From contig JBGASW010000003.1 of NCBI GenBank assembly GCA_044229475.1, positions 390,838 to 454,837 on the forward strand: DNA of 64,000 nt, written 5' to 3'. The translations under genes and the position numbers were made by a program. The stretch comes from Thermoanaerobaculia bacterium (lineage in GTDB: Bacteria; Acidobacteriota; Thermoanaerobaculia; UBA5066). Below the pieces are notes generated by a model that saw only the letters and a program-made list of their open reading frames with translations, was not told the origin of the DNA and ran no database searches. Of the stretch, positions 27,676-37,675 are shown one piece after another (the first letter of the stretch is position 1; the number at the start of each line of letters is the position of its first letter).

Positions 27676-29184
27676 TTACGACGCCGAGGGGCGGGGCAGT
27701 GCGCGGGCTGCGAGGAGGAGCAGCAGCCCCGCCGCGAGGTTGACCGGGAGCGCGAGGGCCAGCGCGGCCTTCAGGCTGCCGGCGTAAACGCTGAGGCGTC
27801 CGATCGTGTACGGCCCGAGGGCGAGGCCGAGGAACGTCGTGTGCAGGAGGAGCACGGCGCTCGCCGTGCCCCTGAGCCGCGGAGGAACCAGCTCCTGCGC
27901 CGTCGTCGTCGCGGGCGCGACCCAGAGAGCGGTGAGGACGGTGATCGGGAGCGCGAGCGCGGCCGCGGGCGCGAGCGAAGGGGCCGCCAGCATCCCGAGC
28001 GCGAGCGGGATCGGAACGAGGGCCGAGGCCGCGCCGACGAGGAGGCGGCCGTCCGCGCGCCGCTTGCCCCACGCGTCCGCGAGGAGCCCGCCGCAGGTCG
28101 CGCCGAGCCAACCTCCGGCGGCCGAGATGCCGCCGAGGAGGAGGCCCGTCTTCGCGAGGTTCAGGTGGTGGACCCGCACGAAGTACGGCGCGATCCAGAA
28201 GCTCGTCCCGTACGTCCCGAAGGCGACGAGGCCGAAGCCGAGGTTCGCGAGGACGAGCGCGCGGTTCTTGAAGACGAGGTCGAAGTCCTCGCGGCTCGTC
28301 AGGCGCAGCGCCTGCGCCCACGAGAAGACGGCGTAAAAGCCGGCGGCGAGCGCGATCCACTGCGCGGGGTTTCCGAGCGCGGCCGTGAGGAGCCACGCGA
28401 GGCCGCCGAGCGCGGCAGAGGCCGCGACGTTGACGAGGACGCCCGCCGCGCCGGCGCCCGCCGCAGCGAGCGTGAAGAGCGTGAACGGCGGGAGCACCGA
28501 GGCCGATTCGCGGAGGAACGTCCGCACGGGCGTCGCCGTGAGCGGCGGGTGCGCCGCGGCGCGGGCGGGCTCGCGGAGGCTGCGCACCCAGGCGGCGAGG
28601 ACGAGGCCGGGCAGGCCGACGGCGAGGAACGCGGCCTGCCAGCCGCGCAGGCCGAGCGGGCCCGCGCCCGAGGGGAACGCCGCGTCCCACCGGTCGACGA
28701 CGAGGCCGCCGATCCCGAGGCCGAGGCCCGCGCCGATGTAGATACCGCTCGAGTAGAGGCCGAGGACCGTCGCGCGCTTCTCCTTCGGGAACCAGTCCGA
28801 GAGGAGCGAGTACGCGGCAGGCGCCGCGCTGGCCTCGCCCACGCCGACGCCCATCCGCGCGAGCGCGAGCTGGGGGAAGCTCTTCGCGAAGCCCGAGAGC
28901 GCCGTCATGAGGCTCCAGAACGCCGCGCCCCACGCGATGAGCCGGCGCCGGTCCCAGGCGTCCGCGAGGCGGCCGAGCGGGATCCCGAAGACGGCGAAGA
29001 AGACCGCGAAGACCGTTCCGTAGAGGAATCCCAGCTGCGCGTCCGTGACGCCGAGGTCGGCCTTGATGCGCTCGGCGAGGATCGAGACGATCTGCCGGTC
29101 GAGGAAATTGAAGACGTAGACGAGGACGAGGACGAGGAGGACGTAGCGTGGATACGCCCCGCGGCCCCCGGAGCTGTCGGACAT
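27676..29184 (-). CDS. MFS transporter (Spinster-like)
   Basis: 502 aa, ~12 TM helices, with MFS motifs (FNFLDRQIVSILAERIKADLG; GRLADAWDRRR). Confidence 0.8.
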   Translation of the reverse strand: MSDSSGGRGAYPRYVLLVLVLVYVFNFLDRQIVSILAERIKADLGVTDAQLGFLYGTVFAVFFAVFGIPLGRLADAWDRRRLIAWGAAFWSLMTALSGFAKSFPQLALARMGVGVGEASAAPAAYSLLSDWFPKEKRATVLGLYSSGIYIGAGLGLGIGGLVVDRWDAAFPSGAGPLGLRGWQAAFLAVGLPGLVLAAWVRSLREPARAAAHPPLTATPVRTFLRESASVLPPFTLFTLAAAGAGAAGVLVNVAASAALGGLAWLLTAALGNPAQWIALAAGFYAVFSWAQALRLTSREDFDLVFKNRALVLANLGFGLVAFGTYGTSFWIAPYFVRVHHLNLAKTGLLLGGISAAGGWLGATCGGLLADAWGKRRADGRLLVGAASALVPIPLALGMLAAPSLAPAAALALPITVLTALWVAPATTTAQELVPPRLRGTASAVLLLHTTFLGLALGPYTIGRLSVYAGSLKAALALALPVNLAAGLLLLLAARALPRPSAS

Positions 29185-29213
29185 GCGAGGATGTTAGAGG
29201 GACACGGGGGATT

Positions 29214-29227
29214 TCTTCGAATGAAGA
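29214..29227. promoter_or_regulatory. Inverted repeat TCTTC-gaat-GAAGA in the MFS upstream intergenic region
   Basis: Perfect 5-bp arms with a 4-bp spacer, 30-45 bp upstream of the MFS start codon (which is on the minus strand), within an AT-richer 108-bp intergenic region. Confidence 0.25.
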
Positions 29228-29292
29228 GAAACGGCGGCCCGGAAGGCGCGCGCCCCTCTTAACTCTCTAAGAAAATCTTCAAACCCGGTCTC

Positions 29293-30777
29293 TCAGTAGA
29301 AGAATCCCGCCGCCGTCGTAACGGTGCCGCGCGAGGCGCGGACCTCGACGGGGTGGAAGACGCCCTTCCTCTTCGCGTTGCTCACGTACGAGACGAGGTA
29401 CTGCGACCGGAGGTCGCGCTCGATCGCGGCGAAGATGCGGGGGAGGTCCTTCTCCTTCTTCACGGCGTACGTGCGGCCGCCGGTCGCGTCCGTGAGGCGC
29501 CGGAGGACCTCGACGTTCGGCGGATACGTCCGAAGCGAGACCTTGTCGGTCACCGTGACGCTGCCGTCGGGCGCCGTGACGGAGACCGGCGTGTGGATCT
29601 CCTCCGTGTACGGCAGGCCGAGCGCGTAGATCTTGACGCCCGACTGCCGCGCGTGGGCGACCGCGTCCCGTTCCTCGACGTCGTCCTCGAACGCGTTGCC
29701 GTCGGTCACGAGGACGAGGGCGCGCGCCCCCTGGCCGCCCTGGAACGCGTAGAGCGCGCGGAGAACCGCCGTGTGGAGGAGCGTGCCGGGCACGCCGTCG
29801 TAACCGAGCTCGAGGACGCTCTTCTCGAGGAGCGAGCGGTCGCCCGTCCACGGAACGACCTCCGAGACGGCCACGCCGAAGCGCTGAAGGAACGCGACGT
29901 CGCCGGCGCGGATGGTCCGGGCGAGGAAGGACCCGGCCGCAGCCGTCCGCAGCGCCTCGGTGTACTGGAGCGACATCGACGTGTCGATCGAGAGGCCGAT
30001 CACGAGCGGCGCGTCGCGGAGGAAGCGCACCTCGCGGACCTCGCATTTGCCGCGGTCGTCCTTCACGGCGAAGTCCGCCGGTCCGAGCCCCGTGAGCGGC
30101 TCGCCGCCTCGCGTGACCGCCACCGTCTGCTCGACGACGTGCGCGTCGGTCGCCGCGGCGAGGCCGCGCCCGTTCAGGAGGATCGTGCGCTCGGCCGTCC
30201 GCCCGCGGGCCGTCTTCACGCGCGCCGTGAGCGGCGCGGTGTCGGCCGGGAGATCGACGGTCGCGGTGAAGGGGTCGTCGCCCGCGAGCGGCACGGGGCC
30301 GCCGGGGGCGTCGAGCACGACGGACTCGAGGGAGTCGCCCGGCGGCGCCGACGCGCGCACGAGCACCGGGGTCGGGCCACTCGCCTTCCCGCCGTCGAGC
30401 GGGGAGAGGAACTCGAGGACGAGGCGCCGGCCGCCCGGGTTCAGGACGGCCTGCCGTCGGTAGAGAGCCTGTCGCGCCGCGTCGAGCGCGACCGCGGTCA
30501 CCGTCGCTTCGCGGGGAACCGGGCCGAGGTCGAACTCGAGCGCGAACGGGCGCGCCGTCGTGCGCGCCCAGTCGTCGACCTCCCACCGCACGCTCTCGAC
30601 GCGCGCATCCTGCGCGAAGGCCTCGAGCCGCACGCGGCCCGTGACCATGGCTTGTGGAGCGGCGACGGTGAACGAAGGGCCGGTCTGGTCGCCGGCGGCG
30701 AGAGCCGCCAGAACCGCGAGAGCGAGCCCCGCCGCACGCGTCAGCCGGGGCCGGTCATCTTCGACGGGTCGATCCAT
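29293..30777 (-). CDS. VWA domain protein (second VWFA-related Acidobacterial domain family-like member)
   Basis: VWA/MIDAS region [15 protein letters not shown]...[13 protein letters not shown]. Signal-like N-terminus. The 5' end overlaps the fumC 3' end by 37 bp, so the true start may lie downstream. Confidence 0.7.
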   Translation of the reverse strand: MDRPVEDDRPRLTRAAGLALAVLAALAAGDQTGPSFTVAAPQAMVTGRVRLEAFAQDARVESVRWEVDDWARTTARPFALEFDLGPVPREATVTAVALDAARQALYRRQAVLNPGGRRLVLEFLSPLDGGKASGPTPVLVRASAPPGDSLESVVLDAPGGPVPLAGDDPFTATVDLPADTAPLTARVKTARGRTAERTILLNGRGLAAATDAHVVEQTVAVTRGGEPLTGLGPADFAVKDDRGKCEVREVRFLRDAPLVIGLSIDTSMSLQYTEALRTAAAGSFLARTIRAGDVAFLQRFGVAVSEVVPWTGDRSLLEKSVLELGYDGVPGTLLHTAVLRALYAFQGGQGARALVLVTDGNAFEDDVEERDAVAHARQSGVKIYALGLPYTEEIHTPVSVTAPDGSVTVTDKVSLRTYPPNVEVLRRLTDATGGRTYAVKKEKDLPRIFAAIERDLRSQYLVSYVSNAKRKGVFHPVEVRASRGTVTTAAGFFY

Positions 30778-32129
30778 CGGTCGAACTCTTCCGCGGTCAC
30801 GGTGCCGAGCGCGAGCGCGGCTTCCCGGAGCGTCGTGCCTTCCTCGTGCGCCTTCTTCGCGATCGCGGCCGCCTTGTCGTACCCGATGTGCGGGTTGAGC
30901 GCCGTGACGAGCATCAGAGACCGCGCGACGAGATCCGCGATCCGCGCGCGATCCGGCTCGATTCCCCCGGCGCAGTGCAGGCGGAAGCTCCGGCAGCCGT
31001 CCGCAAGGAGGCGCACGGACTCGAGGACGTTGTGGATCATCACGGGCTTCAGGACGTGGAGCTCGAAGTTGCCCTGGCTGGCCGCGAACGCGACGGCCGC
31101 GTCGTTGCCGTAGACCTGCGCGACGACCATCGTGAGCGCCTCGGCCTGCGTCGGGTTGACCTTGCCCGGCATGATCGACGAGCCCGGCTCGTTCTCCGGG
31201 ATCCGGATCTCGCCGATCCCGGAGCGCGGGCCCGAGGCGAGCCAGCGCACGTCGTTCGCGATCTTCATGAGGGAGCCCGCGAGGGTCCGGAGCGCGCCGG
31301 ACGCGAACGCGAGCGCGTCGTGCGCCGCGAGAGCCTCGAACTTGTTCGGGGCCGTGACGAACGGGTGCCCCGTGAGCGTCGCGACACGGTGCGCGACGCG
31401 CTCCGCGTACTCGGGGTGCGTGTTCAGGCCCGTTCCCACGGCCGTCCCGCCGATCGCGAGCTCGAGGAGGTGGGGGAGCGCCTGCGCGACGTGGGCCATC
31501 CCGTGGTCGAGCTGCGCGACCCAGCCGGAGATCTCCTGCCCGAGCGTGAGGGGCACCGCGTCCATGAGGTGCGTACGGCCGATCTTCACGACGTCGTGGA
31601 ACGCCTTCGACTTCGCGTCGAGGACGCCGCGCAGGTCCCGCACCTCGGGAAGGAGGCGCTCTTCGATCTCGCAGACGGCGGCGATCGACATCGCCGCCGG
31701 AAACGTGTCGTTCGACGACTGCGACATGTTCACGTCGTCGTTCGGGTGGATCGGGTTCTTCGAGCCGACGACGCCGCCCGCGAGGTCGATCGCGCGGTTC
31801 GCGATGACCTCGTTCACGTTCATGTTCGTCTGCGTCCCGCTGCCCGTCTGGAAGACCACGAGCGGGAAGTGCGCGTCGAGCTTTCCGTCGGCCACCTCCT
31901 GTGCGGCGGCCGAGACGAGCGCCGCCTTCTCCTGCGGGAGGAGGCCGAGGTCGCGGTTCACCTCGGCGGCGGCGCGCTTGAGGAGGCCGAACGCGCGGAT
32001 CAGCGGGCGGGTGAACCGGATCTCGCCGATCTCGAAGTTCTCGAGCGAGCGCTGCGTCTGCGCGCCCCAGTACCGGTCCGCCGGGACGGCGATCTCGCCC
32101 ATCGTGTCCTTTTCGATCCGTGTGGTCAT
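30741..32129 (-). CDS. fumC: Class II fumarate hydratase
   Basis: 462 aa with the fumarase/aspartase signature [16 protein letters not shown] and a typical N-terminus [32 protein letters not shown]. Confidence 0.95.
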   Translation of the reverse strand: MTTRIEKDTMGEIAVPADRYWGAQTQRSLENFEIGEIRFTRPLIRAFGLLKRAAAEVNRDLGLLPQEKAALVSAAAQEVADGKLDAHFPLVVFQTGSGTQTNMNVNEVIANRAIDLAGGVVGSKNPIHPNDDVNMSQSSNDTFPAAMSIAAVCEIEERLLPEVRDLRGVLDAKSKAFHDVVKIGRTHLMDAVPLTLGQEISGWVAQLDHGMAHVAQALPHLLELAIGGTAVGTGLNTHPEYAERVAHRVATLTGHPFVTAPNKFEALAAHDALAFASGALRTLAGSLMKIANDVRWLASGPRSGIGEIRIPENEPGSSIMPGKVNPTQAEALTMVVAQVYGNDAAVAFAASQGNFELHVLKPVMIHNVLESVRLLADGCRSFRLHCAGGIEPDRARIADLVARSLMLVTALNPHIGYDKAAAIAKKAHEEGTTLREAALALGTVTAEEFDRWIDPSKMTGPG

Positions 32130-32212
32130 GGACGCTCCCTCCCGGAGACTCCGTCGCAGGCCATGTTACGCGCGGCCCCGCGACCGCTGTGAGACGATTT
32201 CACTGCAGAGAG

Positions 32213-34300
32213 ATGGAGCATCGCAGGCTCGCGGGGCCCTTGCTGGCGGGGATTCTCGTCTGGGGCGGGGCCCTCGCCCTGCCTTCCGGGCGCGCCGCCG
32301 CGCAGGCGACGTCTGACTACGCGGTCCAGGTGACGGCCGCCGTCCAGAGTGCACCGCCGAGGATCACGCTCACCTGGCCCGCGTTCGCCGGCGCGACGGC
32401 GCACACGGTCTACCGGAAGGCCTGGGGCGTCGCCTCCTGGGGGACGGCCGTGGCGACGCTCGCCGGTTCGGCGACCGGTTACGTGGACAACGGAGTGGTC
32501 GTCGGGACGAGATACGAGTACGAGGTGGTCCGGAGCGCGTCGGTCACGGGCACCGGATACCTCGCGACGGGGATCGAAGTTCCGCTCGTCGAGGACCGCG
32601 GAAAGGTGGTCCTCGTCGTCGACTCCTCCGTGGCCCCGGCTCTCGCCGCCGAGCTCGCGCGCCTCCAGGCGGATCTCGCCGGCGACGGCTGGACGGTCCT
32701 GAGGCACGACGTCGCGCGCAGTGCGACGGTCCCGTCCGTCAAGGCCCTCGTCAAGGCCGACTACGATGCGGATCCGACCCGCGTGACGAGCGTCTTCCTC
32801 TTCGGGCACGTTCCGGTCCCGTACTCGGGCAGCCTCGCGCCCGACGGGCACCCGGACCACGTCGGAGCCTGGCCCGCGGACCTCTACTACGGCGACATGG
32901 ACGGCGCCTGGACGGACACACAGAACCTCGGCGGGACCGGCCGGCAGAACAACGTCGCGGGGGACGGCAAGTTCGACCAGAGCTACGCCCCCGGCGGGAC
33001 GATCGAGCTCGCCGTCGGCCGGGTCGATCTCGCGAACATGCCCGCGTTCGCCCCGAAAACCGAAGTCGACCTCCTCCGCCAGTATCTGAACAAGGACCAC
33101 GGCTTCCGGGTCAAGGCCTGGACGCTCCCCGCGCGGGGCCTCATCGACGACAACTTCGGCGCGTTCGGAGGCGAGGCGTTCGCCTCGACGGGCTGGCGCG
33201 CGTTCTCGGCGTTCTTCGGGCCTGCGAACGTCTTCGCCCTCGACTGGTTCTCGACGCTCGGAGCGAACGGATACCTCTGGGCCTACGGTTGCGGCGGCGG
33301 GAACTACACCGGGGCGGGCGGCGTGGGCTCGACGTCCAACTTCGTCGCCACCGACACGAAGACCGCGTTCACGTTCCTGTTCGGAAGCTACTTCGGGGAC
33401 TGGGACGTTTCGAACGACTTCCTGCGCGCGCCGCTCGCGACGACGACCTACGGCCTCACGTGCGCGTGGGCCGGACGGCCCGCGTGGCACGTGCACCACA
33501 TGGCGATGGGCGAGACCATCGGGTACGCGGCGCGCCTGACGCAGAACAACTCGGGAACATATTTCTACGGATACGGTCCCTCGGTGCACGTCGCCCTCAT
33601 GGGAGATCCGACCCTCCGGATGCACGTCGTGGCCCCCGCGGCGAACGTGACGGCCGCCGGCGGAGGCGGAAGCGCGACGATCTCCTGGACGGCATCCGCC
33701 GATGCGGTCGCCGGATACCACGTCTACCGGGGAGCCGGCGCGTCGGGCCCGTTCACGCGCCTCACGCCCTCTCTCGTGGCGGGAACGTCTTTCGTCGACG
33801 CGGCGGCGCCCGGGGGGAACCCGGCCTACCTCGTCCGCGCGGTGAAACTCGAGACGAGTCCGAGCGGCTCGTACTGGAACGCGAGCACGGGCGCCGCGAA
33901 CCTGACCGCCGCGCCCGTCGCGACGACGTTCCGCCCGCTCTCTCCGTGCCGCGCCCTGGACACCCGAAAGCCCGCCGGCCCGGGCGGCGGGCCGTCACTC
34001 GGCGCCGGGGCCACGCGGACCTTCGTGGCGGCCGGCGTGTGCGGCGTCCCCGCGACCGCCCGATCGGTCTCCGCGAACGTCACCGTCACGAACACGTTCG
34101 CGGGCGGGCAGATCGTCCTCTACGCCGGCGACCTTCCGGCGCCGCCGGGAACGGTGACGGTCGCCTTCCGCGCCGGCCAGACGCGCGCGAACAACGCCGT
34201 CGTGGGCCTCGCCTCCGACGCTTCCGGCTCCTTCAGGATCACGAGTTCGGCAGCGGCTCCGCTGGACGTCGTCGTGGACGTCAACGGCTGGTTCGAATAG
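32213..34300 (+). CDS. Secreted fibronectin-type-III-containing protein with a C-terminal uncharacterised ~120-aa domain
   Basis: ATG at 32213 gives the signal peptide MEHRRLAGPLLAGILVWGGALALPSGRAAAQA. Fn3-like segments follow (RITLTWPAFAGATAHTVYRK; ATISWTASADAVAGYHVYRG). The C-terminal domain is PCRALDTR...GVCGVPA...DVNGWFE. Confidence 0.7.
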   Translation: MEHRRLAGPLLAGILVWGGALALPSGRAAAQATSDYAVQVTAAVQSAPPRITLTWPAFAGATAHTVYRKAWGVASWGTAVATLAGSATGYVDNGVVVGTRYEYEVVRSASVTGTGYLATGIEVPLVEDRGKVVLVVDSSVAPALAAELARLQADLAGDGWTVLRHDVARSATVPSVKALVKADYDADPTRVTSVFLFGHVPVPYSGSLAPDGHPDHVGAWPADLYYGDMDGAWTDTQNLGGTGRQNNVAGDGKFDQSYAPGGTIELAVGRVDLANMPAFAPKTEVDLLRQYLNKDHGFRVKAWTLPARGLIDDNFGAFGGEAFASTGWRAFSAFFGPANVFALDWFSTLGANGYLWAYGCGGGNYTGAGGVGSTSNFVATDTKTAFTFLFGSYFGDWDVSNDFLRAPLATTTYGLTCAWAGRPAWHVHHMAMGETIGYAARLTQNNSGTYFYGYGPSVHVALMGDPTLRMHVVAPAANVTAAGGGGSATISWTASADAVAGYHVYRGAGASGPFTRLTPSLVAGTSFVDAAAPGGNPAYLVRAVKLETSPSGSYWNASTGAANLTAAPVATTFRPLSPCRALDTRKPAGPGGGPSLGAGATRTFVAAGVCGVPATARSVSANVTVTNTFAGGQIVLYAGDLPAPPGTVTVAFRAGQTRANNAVVGLASDASGSFRITSSAAAPLDVVVDVNGWFE

Positions 34301-35625
34301 TGCGGGGCTGCGCGCGCGCCGTCCTCGCCGGGCTCTCCCTCGCGGCTCATTCCGCGCTCGCGCTGGCCGTCACGCGCGGACCGTACCTTCAGACCGCGAC
34401 GAGCACGTCCGTCGTCGTCTGCTGGCGCACGGACGTACCCGTGGACGGGCGCGTCTTCGTGGGCACGAGCCCCGGGGCCCTCTCCGTCGCGTTCTCGAAC
34501 GCCTCTCCCGCCACCGAACACGCGATCGCGGTGGCCGGCCTCGCCCCCCGGACGCGCTACTATTACGCCGTCGGGACCGCTTCGGGAGTGCTGGCGCCCG
34601 CCGCCCCGGCTTCCTTCGTCACCCCGCCGCCGCCCGGTGCCGCCGAGCCGCTCCGGATCTGGGCCGTCGGCGACTCGGGCACGGCCGACGCGAACGCGCG
34701 CGCCGTTCGCGACGCCTACCGCGCGGCCGCGGACGGACGGCCGGCGGACCTCTGGCTCATGCTCGGCGACAACGCCTACGTCGCGGGCACCGACGCCGAG
34801 TACCAGGCCGCGGTCTTCGGGACGTATCCCGCGGAGCTCGCGTCCATGCCGCTCTGGCCGGCGTTCGGCAACCACGACGGCGGCTCGGCGAACGGCAACA
34901 CGGGCAAGGGCGTCTACTTCGACGTCTTCCGGCTCCCGACCGCGGCGGAGGCCGGGGGCGTCGCGTCCGGCAGCGAGGCGTACTACTCCTTCGACGCGGG
35001 GAACGTGCACTTCGTGTGTCTCGACGCGTACGACGTGAGCCGCTTTCCCGGGAGCCCGATGCTCACGTGGCTCGCGGCCGACCTCGCCGCGACGAGACAG
35101 ACCTGGATCGTCGCGTACTGGCACCACCCGCCGTACACGAAGGGCACCCACGACTCCGACACGGAAACGGAGCTCGTCGAGATGCGCCGCTACGTGAACC
35201 CGATCCTCGAGGCCGGGGGCGTGGACCTCGTCCTCTGCGGGCACTCCCACGTCTACGAGCGCTCCTTCCTCCTCGACGGGCACTACGGAAACTCCACGAC
35301 GTTGGCGCCCGGGATGAAGAAGGACGGCGGCACGGGAGACCCGGCGGGAACGGGGCCGTACCGCAAACCGGCCGCGCGGACGCCGCATGCGGGAACGGTC
35401 TACGTCGTCGCGGGGAGCGGCGGACAGCTCGGCACCGGACCCTTGAACCACCCGGCGATGCTCCGCAGCCTCTCCGAGCGAGGCTCGCTCCTGATCGACG
35501 TGGACGCCGGCCGCCTCGACGTGCGCTTCGTGCGCGCGGACGGCGCCGTGCGGGACTCCTTCGCGATCGTCAAGAGCGGCGGAGCCGTCGTCGGCTCCCC
35601 CCCGTTCATCCCCCGCCGGCGCTGA
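34300..35625 (+). CDS. Secreted metallophosphoesterase (purple-acid-phosphatase/calcineurin-like)
   Basis: GTG start overlapping the upstream TAG by 1 nt. Signal peptide, then metallophosphatase motifs GDSGTAD, GDNAY, GNHD and VLCGHSHVYER. Confidence 0.75.
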   Translation: MRGCARAVLAGLSLAAHSALALAVTRGPYLQTATSTSVVVCWRTDVPVDGRVFVGTSPGALSVAFSNASPATEHAIAVAGLAPRTRYYYAVGTASGVLAPAAPASFVTPPPPGAAEPLRIWAVGDSGTADANARAVRDAYRAAADGRPADLWLMLGDNAYVAGTDAEYQAAVFGTYPAELASMPLWPAFGNHDGGSANGNTGKGVYFDVFRLPTAAEAGGVASGSEAYYSFDAGNVHFVCLDAYDVSRFPGSPMLTWLAADLAATRQTWIVAYWHHPPYTKGTHDSDTETELVEMRRYVNPILEAGGVDLVLCGHSHVYERSFLLDGHYGNSTTLAPGMKKDGGTGDPAGTGPYRKPAARTPHAGTVYVVAGSGGQLGTGPLNHPAMLRSLSERGSLLIDVDAGRLDVRFVRADGAVRDSFAIVKSGGAVVGSPPFIPRRR

Positions 35626-36490
35626 CGCCAGGCACGCGGCCGCCTGCGCTCGACGAGGGGGCCCGCGGCTCGGTGAGGGCGCGCGCCACGTACACGGCGA
35701 GCTGGCGGTTTCCCTCTTCGTTCAGGTGGCCCTCGGCGAGGAAGAGCGAGGGCGCTGCGGCGAGGATGCGGGCGTCGATTCCGCGGGCGCGCGCGAACGC
35801 GACCATCCGGCGGCTCTCGGGCGCGTCGAGGGCGACGAGGAGGAACCGGACGCCTCGTGAGGCGGCGAGGTCCCGGTAGGAAAGAACGGCGGCTGCGGTC
35901 GCCTCCGGCGGCTCGAGCTCTGAGGCGGCCGGAGGCGCGGCCTCGGAAAGGACGCCGCCCGCAGCCGGCGGGGCGGGCTCGGCCGCGAGGGCCGGGCGGA
36001 AGCGGCGCCACCAGACGGCGACGAACGGCGCGTTGGCGAGCCACACCCGCCGCCTCAGGGCGTCGAAGCCGCGCTTTCCCGCGTGGACGAGCGGGCCGCG
36101 CCCCGCCTCGGCGGAGGCGCGCGCGTCGTCGTCGAAGTCGTTCGGTGAGAACAGGTAGACGGCGGCGCGGGGCGGCCGCGCGGGCCAGGTCTCGCGCGAT
36201 CGCCCGGTCGCCGCGATCGCCCCGAAGCCGTCGACGCCGAGGTTCACGACCTCGCCGCGCCCGCCGAGGAGCGCGTCCAGCCGCGCGGGCCAAGCGTCCT
36301 GGGCCGCGACGCCCCAGCCCATCGTGAACGAGTCACCGAGGGCGTGGACGTACGACGGGGGCGCCGCCCCGGTCCGCACGCCGGACGTCCGGCACGCGAG
36401 CGCGTCCGTCTCGACCTCGAAGTCGTAGAACGCGGAGCCGTCCGGGCGATGGAGGACGAAGCGCGCCCGCTCGGAAGGCGCGAGCCTCAC
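35606..36490 (-). CDS. SGNH/GDSL-family hydrolase
   Basis: GDSL block HALGDSFTMGWG near the N-terminus. The start as given is a GTG. The in-frame upstream 177 nt encode a TM-helix-like segment without a canonical start codon (see finding). Confidence 0.65.
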   Translation of the reverse strand: MRLAPSERARFVLHRPDGSAFYDFEVETDALACRTSGVRTGAAPPSYVHALGDSFTMGWGVAAQDAWPARLDALLGGRGEVVNLGVDGFGAIAATGRSRETWPARPPRAAVYLFSPNDFDDDARASAEAGRGPLVHAGKRGFDALRRRVWLANAPFVAVWWRRFRPALAAEPAPPAAGGVLSEAAPPAASELEPPEATAAAVLSYRDLAASRGVRFLLVALDAPESRRMVAFARARGIDARILAAAPSLFLAEGHLNEEGNRQLAVYVARALTEPRAPSSSAGGRVPGVSAGGG

Positions 36491-36695
36491 GACCCACGCG
36501 GGGTCGTACCGGTGCAGCGTTCGGGCCTCGGCGACGAACCGCCAGATCTCGGGCGACGCGAGGCGAAGGCCGATCTCGGTACAGAGGAGGATCGCGCCGG
36601 TGATCCCGAGACCGGTCGCGAGCGGATGGCGGAGGAAGGGGCTGGGGCCGGACGTCAGGCCACGATTCTAGTGACGCCCGCCGTAGACTTCCGGC

Positions 36696-37670
36696 ATGAA
36701 AGCCATCCGCGTCCACGCGCCCGGCGGACCCGAGGCTCTCCGGGTCGAAGACGTCCCCGATCCGACGCCGAAGGCCGGCGAGGCGCTCGTCAGGGTCGAG
36801 GCCGCCGGCGTCAACTTCATCGAGGTCTACTTCCGCACGGGCGTCTACAAGCCGGCCGCGTACCCGTTCACGCCCGGCGGCGAGGCCGCCGGCGTCGTCG
36901 AGGCGGTCGGGCCCGGCGTGACGGAGGTCGCGCCCGGGGACCGCGTCGCGACCGTGAACGCGCAGGGGGCGTACGCTGAGCGCGCCCTCGTCGCCGCGGC
37001 GCGCCTCGTGCGCGTGCCGGACGGCGTCACGACGCGGCAGGCCGCCGCCGCGATGCTGCAGGGCATGACGGCGCACTACCTCGCGACGTCGACGCGCCCG
37101 CTCGGGCCCGGCGACACGTGTCTCGTCCACGCCGCGGCCGGCGGCGTCGGGCTCCTCCTCTGCACGATCGCGAAGAAGCGCGGCGCCCGGGTCATCGGCA
37201 CCGTCTCGACGCCGGAGAAGGCCGCCCTCGCCCGGGCGGCGGGCGCCGACGAGGTCATCCTCTACACGGAGCAGGATTTCGTGGCCGAGACGAAGCGGCT
37301 GACGGGCGGCCGGGGCGTCGCGGCCGTCTTCGACTCCGTGGGAAAGACGACGTTCGAGAAGGGCCTCGACGTCCTCGCTCCGCGCGGGACGATGGCGCTC
37401 TTCGGCCAGTCGAGCGGGGCGGCCCCGGCCATCGACCCGCAGATCCTCAACGCGAAGGGCTCGCTCTTCCTGACGCGGCCGTCGCTCTTCGCGTACGTCG
37501 CCTCGCGGGACGAGCTGCTCGCGCGGGCCGCGGACGTCCTCGGATGGGTGAAGGACGGTTCGCTCCCGCTCCGGATCGACCGGGAGCTTCCGCTCGCGGG
37601 CGCCGCCGACGCCCACCGGGCGCTCGAGGGGCGCGGCACGGCCGGGAAGATCCTCCTGATGCCGGGCTGA
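36696..37670 (+). CDS. qor: NADPH:quinone oxidoreductase (zinc-independent MDR family)
   Basis: 324 aa with an MDR/Qor pattern: N-terminal GroES-like fold and cofactor motif [26 protein letters not shown]. Confidence 0.85.
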   Translation: MKAIRVHAPGGPEALRVEDVPDPTPKAGEALVRVEAAGVNFIEVYFRTGVYKPAAYPFTPGGEAAGVVEAVGPGVTEVAPGDRVATVNAQGAYAERALVAAARLVRVPDGVTTRQAAAAMLQGMTAHYLATSTRPLGPGDTCLVHAAAGGVGLLLCTIAKKRGARVIGTVSTPEKAALARAAGADEVILYTEQDFVAETKRLTGGRGVAAVFDSVGKTTFEKGLDVLAPRGTMALFGQSSGAAPAIDPQILNAKGSLFLTRPSLFAYVASRDELLARAADVLGWVKDGSLPLRIDRELPLAGAADAHRALEGRGTAGKILLMPG

Positions 37671-37675
37671 CGGCG

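Noticed and set aside
27649-31113. Plus-strand ORFs 27649-29262 (537 aa) and 29353-31113 (586 aa), very Glu/Arg/Asp-rich
   Set aside because: Antisense to the MFS, VWA2 and fumC genes. Charged low-complexity translations with no motifs.
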